Shown here: piece after piece, positions 1 through 10,579 of the stretch
Position numbering within the stretch: the first letter of the stretch is position 1
Layout: each line of letters opens with the position of its first letter
DNA from: Neophaeotheca triangularis
Lineage: Eukaryota
Direction of reading: 5' to 3'
NCBI GenBank assembly: GCA_054600435.1
Contig: BAAIJX010000008.1
Coordinates: forward strand, 434,001 to 498,000
DNA: 64,000 nt
Notes under the pieces: model-generated
Databases searched by the model: none
Told to the model about the DNA's origin: nothing
What the model saw: the letters and a program-made list of their open reading frames with translations, nothing else
Translations under genes and position numbers: made by a program

Positions 1-1
1 T

Positions 2-3000
2 CAAAAACAGCGCCTGCAGAGGCTAGTTGACGATTCGAAGTCCGCGTATGAGAGAGAAGTCGAAGACATCAAGTCCGCTCACGGTAGCGAAGTAGAGCGC
101 CTCAAGAGCGAGCACAGCAGCGAGGCAGAGCGTCTCACAATCGAACTTCAGAGCCTCAGGGCCGATCGTGGCGCCCAGGTCCAGCGTCTTGTGGAAGAGC
201 ACAAAGCCGAAACCGAACAAGCTTCTGCTGTAGGCGAGCAAAAGCTCAGAGATCAAATCAACGAACATCAACGCCTACTCGCAGAGCAGGATGCATCCCA
301 CCAAAAGCGCTTGCAAGACCTGCAGAATGAGCACGAGCGTGCCCGTTCGGACCTTGACCGCCAACTGCAAGAAAGCAAGCAGGCCGCCTCTGATGCCGAC
401 ACCAGCCATAACGATCGTGTGCAAGCGCTTCAAAGAGAATTCGATCAAGTTCGATCAGACTCGGAACGCCAATTGCAGGAAAGCAAGCAAGCCGCTTCGG
501 AAGCCGATACTAAATCCAAGACTAAGCTCGCTGACCTGGCTGGACGCTTGGGTAAGGAGTCCAAGGCCCAGCGTGCTTTGCAAGAACAATTGCAGGAGAA
601 GGATCGCTTGCATGAAGATCGAGTACAAGGCTTGCAGGCCTCGTTGGCAGAGGTGCAGGGCGAACTCGGTACTTCTGCCAAGAAGGTGCGAGAGATGCAA
701 GATTCGATCGATCGCAGTAAGACCGAGTTCGAGGCCGCGTTGTCGTCGAGAGACGAGGCTGTGCGAAACGCCCAGAAGAATGTGGAAGATGCTCATGAAG
801 CTTCGTCCAAGCGGATTGCTGATCTTCAGGCGGCTGTGTCTTCGAAAGATGAGGCTATCAAGAACAGCCGGAAGGAGGTCGAGGATGCCTGTGAGATTTC
901 CTCCAAGAAGATTGCTGATCTCGAGGCTGCATTGTCGTCGAAAGACGAAGTTGTTCGGGAGGTTCGGAAGGAACTCGAAGACGCTCGAGAGTCTGCATCG
1001 AGGCAGGTCGCTGATCTTGAGACGAAAATCAGCGAGCAAGTGCAAACAACCAAAGCTGCCCGGGCCGAGCTCGAAAATGCCAGGTCTGTCAACCAAATTG
1101 CCGTTGACGAAGCTGCTGATGAGCATACCAAAGATCTGGAACGCCTACGGATCTCCCATGCTGAGGAATTGGAGCGTGTCAAGCAGCAATTGCAAGAAGC
1201 TACCCGTACTCACGGCCAGGAAGTCGAACAATCCAATTCATCTCATTCCGAAGAGCTAAAGAAACTTAACTCGCTGATGGAGGGTCAAATCGAGTCGTTG
1301 AAGCAAGAGCATGCGCGTGCGATCGAACAGACGTCGACTTACCACCGCGAAGCTTTGCAAAAAGCAGAAGCAGAGGCCGAAGCGAAAAGCACGTCCAACC
1401 TCAAGGCTGTCCGAGATGCCGAGGCCTCTCATGCGAACGACCTCGAGATGTTGCGAAAAGAGCATGGTACTGTGTTGGAACGGCTTCGAACGGAACATGA
1501 GTCTGCTAAGTCAGAGTCCGACCACGCGCATCAAAGTGCCTTGAACGAACTCAAGGAACAACAGTCGCTCTCCGACAAAGCAAAGGCAGAAGCTGAGAAG
1601 AGGGAAACGGTTGCGCGCAAGATCTTCGAAAGTGCAAAGAGCACTCATCAGCAAGACATGGAGCGTCTTAAGTCCGAACACCAGGCTGAAGTGGACCGCC
1701 TCCGACAGGAAGCCGCCGATGCTTCAGCTGAAGCGAAGCAAGGCCACGGTGGTGCACTCGAGAGGCTCAAAGTAGAGCACCAGCGCTCTGTCGATGAGGC
1801 GAATGCTGCACACGAGCGATCTATGACCGAGCTCAAGAACGCTCACGAAGAAGAGAGCAAGCGTTCTGCATCGACGTATGAGAGCAAGATACAGAGCTTA
1901 CAAGAGGCGCTGTCTTCTGAAACAACGACTCTTCGGCAAGAACATGAAAGGGCTGTGGATGGGACAAATCAAACGCACGAGAAAATTATCGCAGAGCTGA
2001 AGGCTGCCCATGATATTGAGAAGAAGGATGCAGCAGCTGGTCTCGAGCATAGCCTTCAGGATCTCCGAAAGGCTCACGCCTCTGAAGTGGCTCAACTCAC
2101 AGAAGGGCACACTCAGAAGGAGCAAGAGAACGTCGGCAGGCATCGTGAGGAAGTTGAAGGTCTTCAGAGCAAGCACAGCAAGGTGCAACAATCCTTGGAC
2201 GACTGTTTGCGCCAGTTGGAGGTGCTAAAATCCGGCCAAGCTGATGAAACCAAAGGCCTACGCGAAACTCACGCAAAGGAAATATCTTCGATGAAAATTG
2301 CTCACGAGGAAAACGTCAAGATCATCGAAAGCCGCTACAACGCTGAGATCGAGACGCAACGATCGACGCAAGCTGGGCTCCAAGCGCGGATTGAGGAGCT
2401 GCGTTCCAAATATTCTTCCGAGTACGAAGCCTTATCCCAATCTTACACGGACAAACATGGTGCCGTTGCGATTTCGCACAAGCAAGCGCTGGAGCAGGCG
2501 CTGCGCGAGAAGGAGCAACTTGAGCAAAGCCACCGTACCATCGTTTCCGAAGCAGAGTTGAAGTACGCGAAGCTTCAGGACGGTCAGAAGAATATTCTTT
2601 CGGCAATCCGTGATCGGTACGAAGAGAAGGCCAAGCAGGCGTCAGAGGATCAGTCGGTCAAAGAAGAGACTTCTCGCAAGGCACACCAAGAAGAGCTGGC
2701 CAAACTGCAGGGGCAACTTACGCAGGCCACAGCTGCGCGGGAGACCGAAATCACAGCTCTGCGAAACAACCACTCCACCGCACTAACCTCGCTCAAAGAT
2801 GAGATGTTGAATCTAACCAACACACACAAAGCCGAGCTAGAAACACGCGACTCGGAGAACGCCCGAGCCCGCCTTGAGCTTGAGCAAGCTTCCGAAAAGC
2901 TGCGCGATACCAAAAACTCGCACAAGAATGCATACCAAGAGTTCGACGCTCGCTCGCAGAAGCTGCAATCTGACTTCGACGAGAAGCTCAACAAAGCCCA

Positions 3001-6000
3001 TTCGGAGCACGAAGCTGCTTTCTCAAGCCTCCGAGAACAGCATCGCACTGCCGAAACCCAACGGGAGCTTGCAGAAGCCAACCTCACTAGCGCTGTTGAG
3101 GCAGTCAAGTCCGAGCAGTCTGCAGCATTGGAGAGCGCACGTAACGAGTTTGAAATGATCAATAACAAACGCCTAGCCAACATCACAACGCTGGAGAGCG
3201 AGCTATCCCAACTACGCAGCGACCATGACGCCGAGCTCGCCAACATGAAAGTTGACTTTCAAACGCAGCTTGAAAGCGCTAACAATGCGCTTACTGCCGG
3301 CAGTGCGGAGGTCCAGCAGAGGCATCAAGACGAAATGCGCGTACAGCAAGAGAACTCGGAGGCGGCTCTGACAAACTTGCGGCAATCACATGCGAGCGCG
3401 ATTGACGTGGCGAAGCGGGAGTTTGAAGAGACGCTGCAAAAATCGAAGGTGGAGCATGAGTCTCAACTTAAAGAACTCCAAGCTAGCCAAAAGGCGACTG
3501 CGGACGACCACGATCGCCTTCAGGCCGAGCAACGGACAACGTTGTCCAAGGTGCTTGACTCGGCCAAGGCAGACCATGCTAGGGAGGTCAACGAATTGAG
3601 GGGCCAGCTTGAAGGCCGTTTGAAGGAGCTGGAAACAACCCACGAGACGCTCCGAGCTACTCACGAAGCAGAGAAAGGTCAATTTACCGCGCAGCTCCAA
3701 GGAGCAAAGTCCGCTAGTGAACAGACCAGTGCCGAGAACGAGCAGCAAAGAGGGGCGCTCGAATCCCGCCTCCGCGACGCCGAACTGAGCCAGGAGAAGC
3801 TCCGGACGACGCACGACGCAGATCTCAAAGAACTTCAAATGCAAATGCGTAGTGCAGAGGTTGCCAGGGATGAGGCCAAGGCTGAGCATGAGCAACAGAA
3901 GGGCCTCTTTGAGACTCTTCTTCGGGAGGAAGACACAGCGCATGTTAATGCGTTGAACGAGCGCCAGCAGCTAATCACAAGATTGGAGTCCACCATTGAA
4001 CAGCTACAGTCTTCACAGAATACATCACAAGCTGATCATCAGACGCAAATCACTCAGCTGGAGTCAAGGCTACGAGAGGGAGAGACCGAAAACGAAAAGG
4101 CCCGATCTGCCAGCCAACAAGATCTCGAAGAGCTACGCTCGCAGTTGCAGAAGGCTCAGAGCAACCATCAACAAGCCCAAGCCGAGCTACAACTAACAAG
4201 GGAGAAGTTCGAATTGAAGCAACAAGAGCTTCGCTCGGGTCACGAGCGAGCCATAGCTGACCTTGAAGAGACTTGGGCTGCCAGAATGGCAGAATTGAGA
4301 GGTGACCACGATAAAGCGATTACTGACGCAGTAGCTGGTAGCGAGGATGGCTACTCCGAAAAGCTCCGGCTCACAGAGGACAAGTACAAGGATCTCCTGG
4401 CCAAAGCGAACAAGGACCGTCGTCATACTGACGGTAGTTTGCAGGCACAGGTCGTTAAGCAAGCGAAGCCCGGCGAATCTCTTCCGATCCCTGACCAAGA
4501 AGCACAGTCGACCGGACTTGACCAGACCGGAAACAAGCAGTTCGAGGTCACCAATCGCCGAGTCGAGCAACCTGACCAGACCACAAACGAGCAGCTCGCC
4601 ATCGCCGAAGCCGGGGTCGACAAAGAAACGCGTTTCGCAGCTCTTCGGCAGGAAACAGAGTTTTTGAAGCAACAACTTGATTCCGTCAAGCATGGTCGCA
4701 AGTCCAGCCAGAAAGACGCTTCGATCCAGACTGAGGCTGTCATCTCTTTGCCAAGTAGTCATTATTCCGCACGTAGTCCCGCAACATCGTCCACCGCGGT
4801 GCTTCCTACTGAATTGGACTTCAACCCGGCAACAGCTTCAACTATCAATGATTCAGACGTTGCAACTCGTGACTGGGGCACAAATCGTTCCTTGGCGAGC
4901 AACCCTCAGAGAACAGCAGAACCGCTTGGGTCGGCCGAGAGAAGGGACAGCCGCGAGCAGAAAGCCGACATTGCTACAGCTCAGGCTGCGAAGGCGAGCA
5001 GAGCCGGGGGCACATCCGCCATACGTCAACCCAAACGGCAAAGTAGAGGCAGTGTCGCCAGTGCAGGCACCTCGCGGTCTTTCGAACAATATCTGGAAAA
5101 TGCCGAGGCCGAGCTTTCCGAGCTTGGTAGTGTCATTACCGCCAACGAAGCTTTATTTGCACAGAAGATACAAGAGCACGTTGGAGACCTTCAAAACGCC
5201 AAAGACCAACTCGCTCAAGAGTACAGGGAGAAGTTCGAGGCCTTATCGATTGAAAGGCAGCGTCTGGAGAAGCATGTCACCACCAATCACGCCACCGAGT
5301 TCGTCAAGGAGCGGAATCAACTGATGGCGGAGTACGGCGGAGACCACCCCGAGCCAGACGCACAAGCAATCATGCTGAGCACCCTCCCTGTTCACCAAGC
5401 CCAAGCTTTGCGATCTGCCGAAGAGAGACTCGTCACAGATTTCAATAGACGCATCGCCAAACGCAAGTCCCAGATCGCACTCAAGCATGCCGAGGACTTC
5501 CAAGGACTTACGCAGGACTACGACAAAAGAATTGCCGATCTCATGACGAACCGAGAGAAGCTCGAGGGTGACTTGTCTGTCCAGCCCGATCGCTTCGAGC
5601 AAGACATTAGCGACTTTGAAACGCGATCTGTTCGTTTACAGTCTGAGCGGGCCTCCAGCGTCCAAAGCACCCCCCTGTCTGCCCGTATGATGGGCAGTCC
5701 CGCGCCAGAGACGCCTTCCCGAAACCCCGCAAGAACGTCTAATTTCGGGGGCACACCAGGTACAGACACTTCGCTACCCAAAGGCATAACCGTCCCTCAA
5801 CGCGTCTCGAGCAAGCAAATCTCCAGCGAGCATAGCCCTCAGAGCCCTGCGCAAGAGGGCCGCAGATCCACGTCCGAGCGCTTCTTACCTGAACCATCCA
5901 GATCCCTGATGCGCGAGCTCAGTCCCGCAGACGGCCCGTTGCAACGGCGCGTAGTGACCGAGCCCCGAACCAGCGAACTCTGGGCCACCCCCGAGTCGAC

Positions 6001-6307
6001 CAGAGGCAACACCTCTCTCGACTTCGGCACGGACCCCGTGGCTTTCGAACGCAAGCAATCCGCCAGGAAGAGGATGTCGGTGGACGAGACGCCCATGACA
6101 CCTGTCACCAGGGCTGTAGGCAGTCAGAGAACGGCCGAGCCTATGAGTCCTAGGACTAGAGGCCGAACTTTGCTCGATTATTCGCCCATCAAGCCGAAGA
6201 GACGCTCGATTGATCAGCAGCAGGGCGCCGCTGCTGGGCCGAGTACGCCTAGAGGTTTGCGGCATTCGAGTGGCGTTATCTATAGACAAACGCCGGAGGA
6301 GAAGTAG
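2..6307 (+). CDS. Very large coiled-coil protein (5'-truncated by window edge), with a Ser/Pro/Arg-rich disordered C-terminal tail
   Basis: The frame is open from base 2 to TAG at 6307; the track start at 191 is a GTG, so the real start lies upstream. More than 2000 aa of E/Q/K/A/H-rich heptad sequence, a short second coiled-coil block near 5080-5650, then a low-complexity tail. Confidence 0.85.
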   Translation, partial: QKQRLQRLVDDSKSAYEREVEDIKSAHGSEVERLKSEHSSEAERLTIELQSLRADRGAQVQRLVEEHKAETEQASAVGEQKLRDQINEHQRLLAEQDASHQKRLQDLQNEHERARSDLDRQLQESKQAASDADTSHNDRVQALQREFDQVRSDSERQLQESKQAASEADTKSKTKLADLAGRLGKESKAQRALQEQLQEKDRLHEDRVQGLQASLAEVQGELGTSAKKVREMQDSIDRSKTEFEAALSSRDEAVRNAQKNVEDAHEASSKRIADLQAAVSSKDEAIKNSRKEVEDACEISSKKIADLEAALSSKDEVVREVRKELEDARESASRQVADLETKISEQVQTTKAARAELENARSVNQIAVDEAADEHTKDLERLRISHAEELERVKQQLQEATRTHGQEVEQSNSSHSEELKKLNSLMEGQIESLKQEHARAIEQTSTYHREALQKAEAEAEAKSTSNLKAVRDAEASHANDLEMLRKEHGTVLERLRTEHESAKSESDHAHQSALNELKEQQSLSDKAKAEAEKRETVARKIFESAKSTHQQDMERLKSEHQAEVDRLRQEAADASAEAKQGHGGALERLKVEHQRSVDEANAAHERSMTELKNAHEEESKRSASTYESKIQSLQEALSSETTTLRQEHERAVDGTNQTHEKIIAELKAAHDIEKKDAAAGLEHSLQDLRKAHASEVAQLTEGHTQKEQENVGRHREEVEGLQSKHSKVQQSLDDCLRQLEVLKSGQADETKGLRETHAKEISSMKIAHEENVKIIESRYNAEIETQRSTQAGLQARIEELRSKYSSEYEALSQSYTDKHGAVAISHKQALEQALREKEQLEQSHRTIVSEAELKYAKLQDGQKNILSAIRDRYEEKAKQASEDQSVKEETSRKAHQEELAKLQGQLTQATAARETEITALRNNHSTALTSLKDEMLNLTNTHKAELETRDSENARARLELEQASEKLRDTKNSHKNAYQEFDARSQKLQSDFDEKLNKAHSEHEAAFSSLREQHRTAETQRELAEANLTSAVEAVKSEQSAALESARNEFEMINNKRLANITTLESELSQLRSDHDAELANMKVDFQTQLESANNALTAGSAEVQQRHQDEMRVQQENSEAALTNLRQSHASAIDVAKREFEETLQKSKVEHESQLKELQASQKATADDHDRLQAEQRTTLSKVLDSAKADHAREVNELRGQLEGRLKELETTHETLRATHEAEKGQFTAQLQGAKSASEQTSAENEQQRGALESRLRDAELSQEKLRTTHDADLKELQMQMRSAEVARDEAKAEHEQQKGLFETLLREEDTAHVNALNERQQLITRLESTIEQLQSSQNTSQADHQTQITQLESRLREGETENEKARSASQQDLEELRSQLQKAQSNHQQAQAELQLTREKFELKQQELRSGHERAIADLEETWAARMAELRGDHDKAITDAVAGSEDGYSEKLRLTEDKYKDLLAKANKDRRHTDGSLQAQVVKQAKPGESLPIPDQEAQSTGLDQTGNKQFEVTNRRVEQPDQTTNEQLAIAEAGVDKETRFAALRQETEFLKQQLDSVKHGRKSSQKDASIQTEAVISLPSSHYSARSPATSSTAVLPTELDFNPATASTINDSDVATRDWGTNRSLASNPQRTAEPLGSAERRDSREQKADIATAQAAKASRAGGTSAIRQPKRQSRGSVASAGTSRSFEQYLENAEAELSELGSVITANEALFAQKIQEHVGDLQNAKDQLAQEYREKFEALSIERQRLEKHVTTNHATEFVKERNQLMAEYGGDHPEPDAQAIMLSTLPVHQAQALRSAEERLVTDFNRRIAKRKSQIALKHAEDFQGLTQDYDKRIADLMTNREKLEGDLSVQPDRFEQDISDFETRSVRLQSERASSVQSTPLSARMMGSPAPETPSRNPARTSNFGGTPGTDTSLPKGITVPQRVSSKQISSEHSPQSPAQEGRRSTSERFLPEPSRSLMRELSPADGPLQRRVVTEPRTSELWATPESTRGNTSLDFGTDPVAFERKQSARKRMSVDETPMTPVTRAVGSQRTAEPMSPRTRGRTLLDYSPIKPKRRSIDQQQGAAAGPSTPRGLRHSSGVIYRQTPEEK

Positions 6308-6735
6308 GATGGCGGCGCGGGTTTTGTACATAGTGGCCCGGCAGTTGGGGGTTGCTGTTAGCATTTGTGCGGTATACGGAGATTTGCATGCATTCTGATA
6401 AGTGGAGTTTGGAAGAGTATATAAATGGTTTGATTGGGTTGCTGGGGATTAATTGACGATGTAATTATACTGTTAATAGCCACCCCCCAACATATGTAAG
6501 GTTTGATTCTTGATGTCGACAACTTGGAAAAAGGTCTTTTGAGGTCATAAGCGAACTGGTACGTTCGATTGCTTGTTCTATGTCGTAATCTTGCACATGA
6601 TCGTCTCAGCGGCTCCTATCTATCGTTTGTACGATTCATGATGAACTCAGACGTGTCGTGGGTATATTGTGTCTCATGAAGCACACCTAAGAGCCCGAAA
6701 GAACAGTCATGACTAGGTGCATATATTCCTCGATG

Positions 6736-7728
6736 CTATAGCTTCGAAGACGGTGGTGCCACCCGCGAAACCCCTTGCGGCGCTTCTCGCCGTTCAAAAG
6801 CCTCAATAGCCTTCTTCGCAACCTCTTCACCCCACTCTTGCACAAAATGCCCACCCTCAGCAACCTCGAACCAAAAACACCCATTCCCCCAAACCTGCGC
6901 CAACTTCCTCATAACCGGCGGTCCCAACACGGGATCCTTCATCCCACACGCGACAAAAACATCATCCTTTCCAAACACCTCCCCATTCCCATACATCTCC
7001 CTACTCCGCTTGGAAACCTCCACGCCCTCCATACCCGCATCCGTCATCACCAAGTTCGGAAACCGCCGCACGCCGCCTTTATACTCCACACTCGGGAAGG
7101 GGGCATTGTACGCCTCCGTCTCGGCAGGCGCGAGATGCTTCGTGCCCCTCCCGATCAGCGCGCCGACGTCCATGTCCGGCGACCGGTTGTTGTAAGCGCG
7201 CCAGTCGTCGAAGCCCTTGGTCGAGGGCTGGCCCGTGGCGATGGAAGTGTTCATGACCAGCAAGCGCTTGAAACGCGTGGGTTCCGCGAGCGGCAGGGTG
7301 AGGCCTAGCAGGCCGCCCCAGTCTTGGACTACTAGGGTTATGTTTTGGAGGTCGAGGGTGCGGAGGAGGTGGAGCAGCGAGTCGCGGTGGAAGTTGTAGG
7401 TGTAGGTTGCGTCGAGGGTGGGCTTGTCGCTGCGGCCGAAGCCTAGGAGGTCTGGGGCGATTACGCGGCGGGGAGGGGGGGTGTTGTGGGTGGTGTGGGT
7501 GAGGAAGTGGGGGATCATGCGGCGGTAGAGGAAGGACCAGGTTGGTTGGCCGTGGAGGCAGAGGAAGGTCTCGGGCTGTTGGTTTGGGGATGGTGTGTCG
7601 TTGCGTTCGTCGATGTAGGCCATTCGGAGGTTGCCATGGTTGAGGTATTTAGGGGTATAGGGGAAGTCTGGGATATTTTTAAATCGGTAGTCAGGCGTTC
7701 GTAACGCTTCTACGTTTGATGGTGCCAT
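6736..7728 (-). CDS. Haloalkane dehalogenase-like alpha/beta hydrolase (DhlA/HLD-I type)
   Basis: ATG at 7728 (MAPSNVEALRTPDYRF). Motifs LCLHGQPTWSFLYR, APDLLGFGRSDKP, nucleophile elbow VVQDWGG, acid KDPVLG and catalytic His GGHFVQE. No intron needed. Confidence 0.88.
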   Translation of the reverse strand: MAPSNVEALRTPDYRFKNIPDFPYTPKYLNHGNLRMAYIDERNDTPSPNQQPETFLCLHGQPTWSFLYRRMIPHFLTHTTHNTPPPRRVIAPDLLGFGRSDKPTLDATYTYNFHRDSLLHLLRTLDLQNITLVVQDWGGLLGLTLPLAEPTRFKRLLVMNTSIATGQPSTKGFDDWRAYNNRSPDMDVGALIGRGTKHLAPAETEAYNAPFPSVEYKGGVRRFPNLVMTDAGMEGVEVSKRSREMYGNGEVFGKDDVFVACGMKDPVLGPPVMRKLAQVWGNGCFWFEVAEGGHFVQEWGEEVAKKAIEAFERREAPQGVSRVAPPSSKL

Positions 7729-8135
7729 TTTGTAAGACTGTTGAATCTGTGTAGAGTTACTTGGGTAGGTAGGTAGATAGATAAATACATATAGCTCTCT
7801 CAACTTCACCTCGGCTGGGAACTCCGCGCTAGAGAGAAAAGAGTTAGCTCCAAGCTTTAAAACCGAGGCTTAAAACCGAACATGTAAATCATGCTAGGAG
7901 TGTAGTTATAAGTTAAATTGATTTTATGGTTCGTGTTCCTGATTAATAAGTAGGATGAAGAGTGCGCGGTGTAGCAGACGACACGTAGGGAGGATGCCTC
8001 GAGCAAGAGTTGCGCTAAGCTGCGACAAGATGCTGTTCACTTGTCTGAATGAGTGACCCATCATGCAAACTTCAGTCGAACGCAGTTTCAAGATATAAAC
8101 AACTTCTACAAATCAGTCCTTCGGTAATCGTCTCA

Positions 8136-9119
8136 TCACCTAGCATTCTCGCTGTTAACCCAGGCTTGACAACGTCTCAAAGCACCATCACACCACTCAA
8201 AATACGGCGCCAGATTGCCACCGCCAGATTGATGATGCAAAGCGTGCTTCTTCGCTCCACCACCCCATCCCTCAGGTAAAATCTTATCATACCCCCAAGG
8301 CAAGTCCAATCCCGAATGAATCTCGACCAACAACCACACAAACAACGGCACGAACAACGTCCGTGTCAGCACATGGCTGCCGATGATATTCAGACTGAAA
8401 TTGGCCAGAAGGACTAGCCCCAACCGCTCAAAGACGTGCAGTTGGTTGGTGATTTGCGGGTGCATTTCCGCGTGCGTATGGTGCGGTGCGTGCCAGCTGC
8501 GGAGAACGGGGAGGTGGTGCATGCTCAGGTGGAAGAGGAAGAAGAGGGCATCGTAAAGGACAATGCTGGTCACGAGCTCGAGGGCTAGGCGACGGCTAGT
8601 GGGTGCCACTGTGGGAAGCGCTCGCTCAGTCTGGAGAGGCGATGAGGGCGTGAAATTGTGAAGGCTTGGGACTAGGAAGGTTGACTGATGCGAGCGATTC
8701 AAGTCCTCGAGGTCGTAGTTGCCGGACCGTAGCATGTCTTCCAGCGGTACGTTGGCGAATTTCTTGATCATGAGAAGATCGAGGGCGAGGAGAGGTGCAA
8801 TGTAGGTCAAGCCTTCTACAAGACGTCTGCTGGGTCGCCTCATGCCTTTAGGTTTCTTGGGTGGTTCATCGTGGCCGTTCTTTCGATGCGCAAGTCTCCA
8901 GGAGGGGTTGTTGATAAACGCCACCGTTACTGGCACCTCGATTGCAGCGTAGCAGAAGACTGTCCAGAACGTTTCGAATGTCGATGCACGGTAGATGGTC
9001 GAATGTCTCAGGAAAGTCCATAGTGGCGTCAGTAGGGGTTGGTAGATTGATGGGAAGACGACGGCAGTGGTGAATAGCGTTGCGAAAGCAATACGAGCCT
9101 GCTGGACGGAAAAGGACAT
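8136..9119 (-). CDS. Fatty-acid hydroxylase/sterol desaturase superfamily membrane di-iron enzyme (cholesterol 25-hydroxylase-like)
   Basis: His boxes HLSMHH, HAPHH, EIHSG and HALHH, several TM segments, terminal NLAPYF-x2-D. Single exon. Confidence 0.85.
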   Translation of the reverse strand: MSFSVQQARIAFATLFTTAVVFPSIYQPLLTPLWTFLRHSTIYRASTFETFWTVFCYAAIEVPVTVAFINNPSWRLAHRKNGHDEPPKKPKGMRRPSRRLVEGLTYIAPLLALDLLMIKKFANVPLEDMLRSGNYDLEDLNRSHQSTFLVPSLHNFTPSSPLQTERALPTVAPTSRRLALELVTSIVLYDALFFLFHLSMHHLPVLRSWHAPHHTHAEMHPQITNQLHVFERLGLVLLANFSLNIIGSHVLTRTLFVPLFVWLLVEIHSGLDLPWGYDKILPEGWGGGAKKHALHHQSGGGNLAPYFEWCDGALRRCQAWVNSENAR

Positions 9120-9299
9120 GGTCGTTGAGCTGTTGAAGCAGTGAAGCTCTGGAGCAGCGTGTTATCGTTCGACCAATGTCAGAGCCATAGATATTACAAA
9201 GGTGTAACTGTTGGTATTACTTATCATTGCAAACATGTTGCATGATATAGTACCTACCTTTCTATCCCGAGGCCCAGCCCTGCCAGAGCAACTTTTGGT

Positions 9300-9307
9300 T
9301 GACGTCA
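9300..9307. promoter_or_regulatory. Perfect TGACGTCA (ATF/CRE-type bZIP) palindrome in divergent promoter
   Basis: TGACGTCAC lies between the divergent ATGs at 9119 (-) and 9432 (+). Confidence 0.4.
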
Positions 9308-9431
9308 CGGATTGTAAAGGCAAGGCACCTCGTACTCGAATGATTGACAACCTGACGATACGTTCTCTTTATGTGACCTCTTACCAAACTTCCTTCCACT
9401 ATAGTCAAAGTCTTTACAGTACCTGCTTAAC

Positions 9432-9863
9432 ATGGCGGTCACAAGAGGCGACCTAATAATCATCTACAACGCAGACTCCAGCCTCCGTGGCAAGCTCAAC
9501 TACGCTTACCGCAAGCTCTCATCCTCGACACCCGAAGACCCAGCCTGCGCCGCCTGCGACATAACTCACGGCGGCCTATCATTAAAAGAAGTCCCCAACT
9601 GGTCTAAAACGAAAAGCAGCATAGAAACGCAGGGCTGGAATGTGCTGCAGTGGCATCGAGACGAGGTCGAACCCCATGTCAAAAGCTGGATCCAAGAGCA
9701 GGGCCTGAGGTATCCGACCGTGGTGGCTAGGAGGGAGGATGCTACTCTCGAGCAGGTGGCGGATACTGCTGAGCTGGCAGATTGCGCGGGTGATGCTTCG
9801 AAATTGACCGGGATATTGAGTAAGAAGGGATTAATTCGCGGCACGGAGCAAGCGTCGATGTGA
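9432..9863 (+). CDS. Small conserved hypothetical protein with CxxC (CAACDITHG), possibly a thioredoxin-like fold
   Basis: 143-aa ORF with IIIYNADS...CAACDITHG...YPTV (candidate cis-Pro loop). Good start context. The fold is inferred. Confidence 0.7.
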   Translation: MAVTRGDLIIIYNADSSLRGKLNYAYRKLSSSTPEDPACAACDITHGGLSLKEVPNWSKTKSSIETQGWNVLQWHRDEVEPHVKSWIQEQGLRYPTVVARREDATLEQVADTAELADCAGDASKLTGILSKKGLIRGTEQASM

Positions 9864-9907
9864 TGGGATAAAGTATTAACGATTACGACCGTCGCATGTA
9901 TATATGA

Positions 9908-10579
9908 TCAGAGTGCCCGTGTTACCCAAAAGACTCGCTGCACTATTCCAATGACGACTCCGATTATCAAGACCCAACACAACGACTCCGTCCAACGAGG
10001 CGCAGCGAGCATAACGGTGAAAATCGCACCACTCTCAGCCCCCTCGACAAGCGCAGGCCTCATAGAAACACTGGTCAACTCCCTAACAGCGTCTTCGACC
10101 ACACGCTTCCCGCTCTCTTTGGCGTCGGCAGCAACAGCCTTCCGCTTCTCAACCACGGCTCCGACGAAAAACAAAACGAAATTATTAATATGAAAGCTCA
10201 ACTCGGCCAGAGCAACGGAAAACCATAGCCTCCGAACCTCTTCCGTAGAACCAGCTCCACCGCTTTCCAGACCCCAGGCGCAGCAAATGGGTATGGCAGA
10301 GTAGTAGACGAAATCCGACAGCAAGTCGAGGAAGCCGCCCAAATCGCTCGCCAGGCCTCTCTGGCGTGCGACCGCGCCGTCGAGGCAGTCTAGGATGCGG
10401 TTGAGAAGCCAGAAGGAGAGGGCGTAGCTCGGTTGCTTGCTCGCGGCGGCTATGGAGGATATGAGACCGGCGACTGCTGCTAGGCCTGTGATTTGGAGCG
10501 GGGTGATGCTTTTGGGTATCGTTTTGCAGACGGGGTCGAAGAGGGAGTCTTTGAGTGGTCTGAGGGTGATGTCAAACAT
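9908..10579 (-). CDS. CDP-alcohol phosphatidyltransferase family protein (YnjF-like)
   Basis: Signature D-x2-DG-x2-AR...G-x3-D-x3-D is present as DCLDGAVARQRGLASDLGGFLDLLSD. Also TPLQIT helix, LVEGAE motif and multiple TMs. Confidence 0.9.
   Translation of the reverse strand: MFDITLRPLKDSLFDPVCKTIPKSITPLQITGLAAVAGLISSIAAASKQPSYALSFWLLNRILDCLDGAVARQRGLASDLGGFLDLLSDFVYYSAIPICCAWGLESGGAGSTEEVRRLWFSVALAELSFHINNFVLFFVGAVVEKRKAVAADAKESGKRVVEDAVRELTSVSMRPALVEGAESGAIFTVMLAAPRWTESLCWVLIIGVVIGIVQRVFWVTRAL

Noticed and set aside
291..6364. Many long alternative-frame and antisense ORFs over the coiled-coil gene
   Set aside because: Shadow ORFs caused by codon bias; no motifs. The same applies over VMS1, TAH18 and the RING genes, e.g. 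39964-41010.
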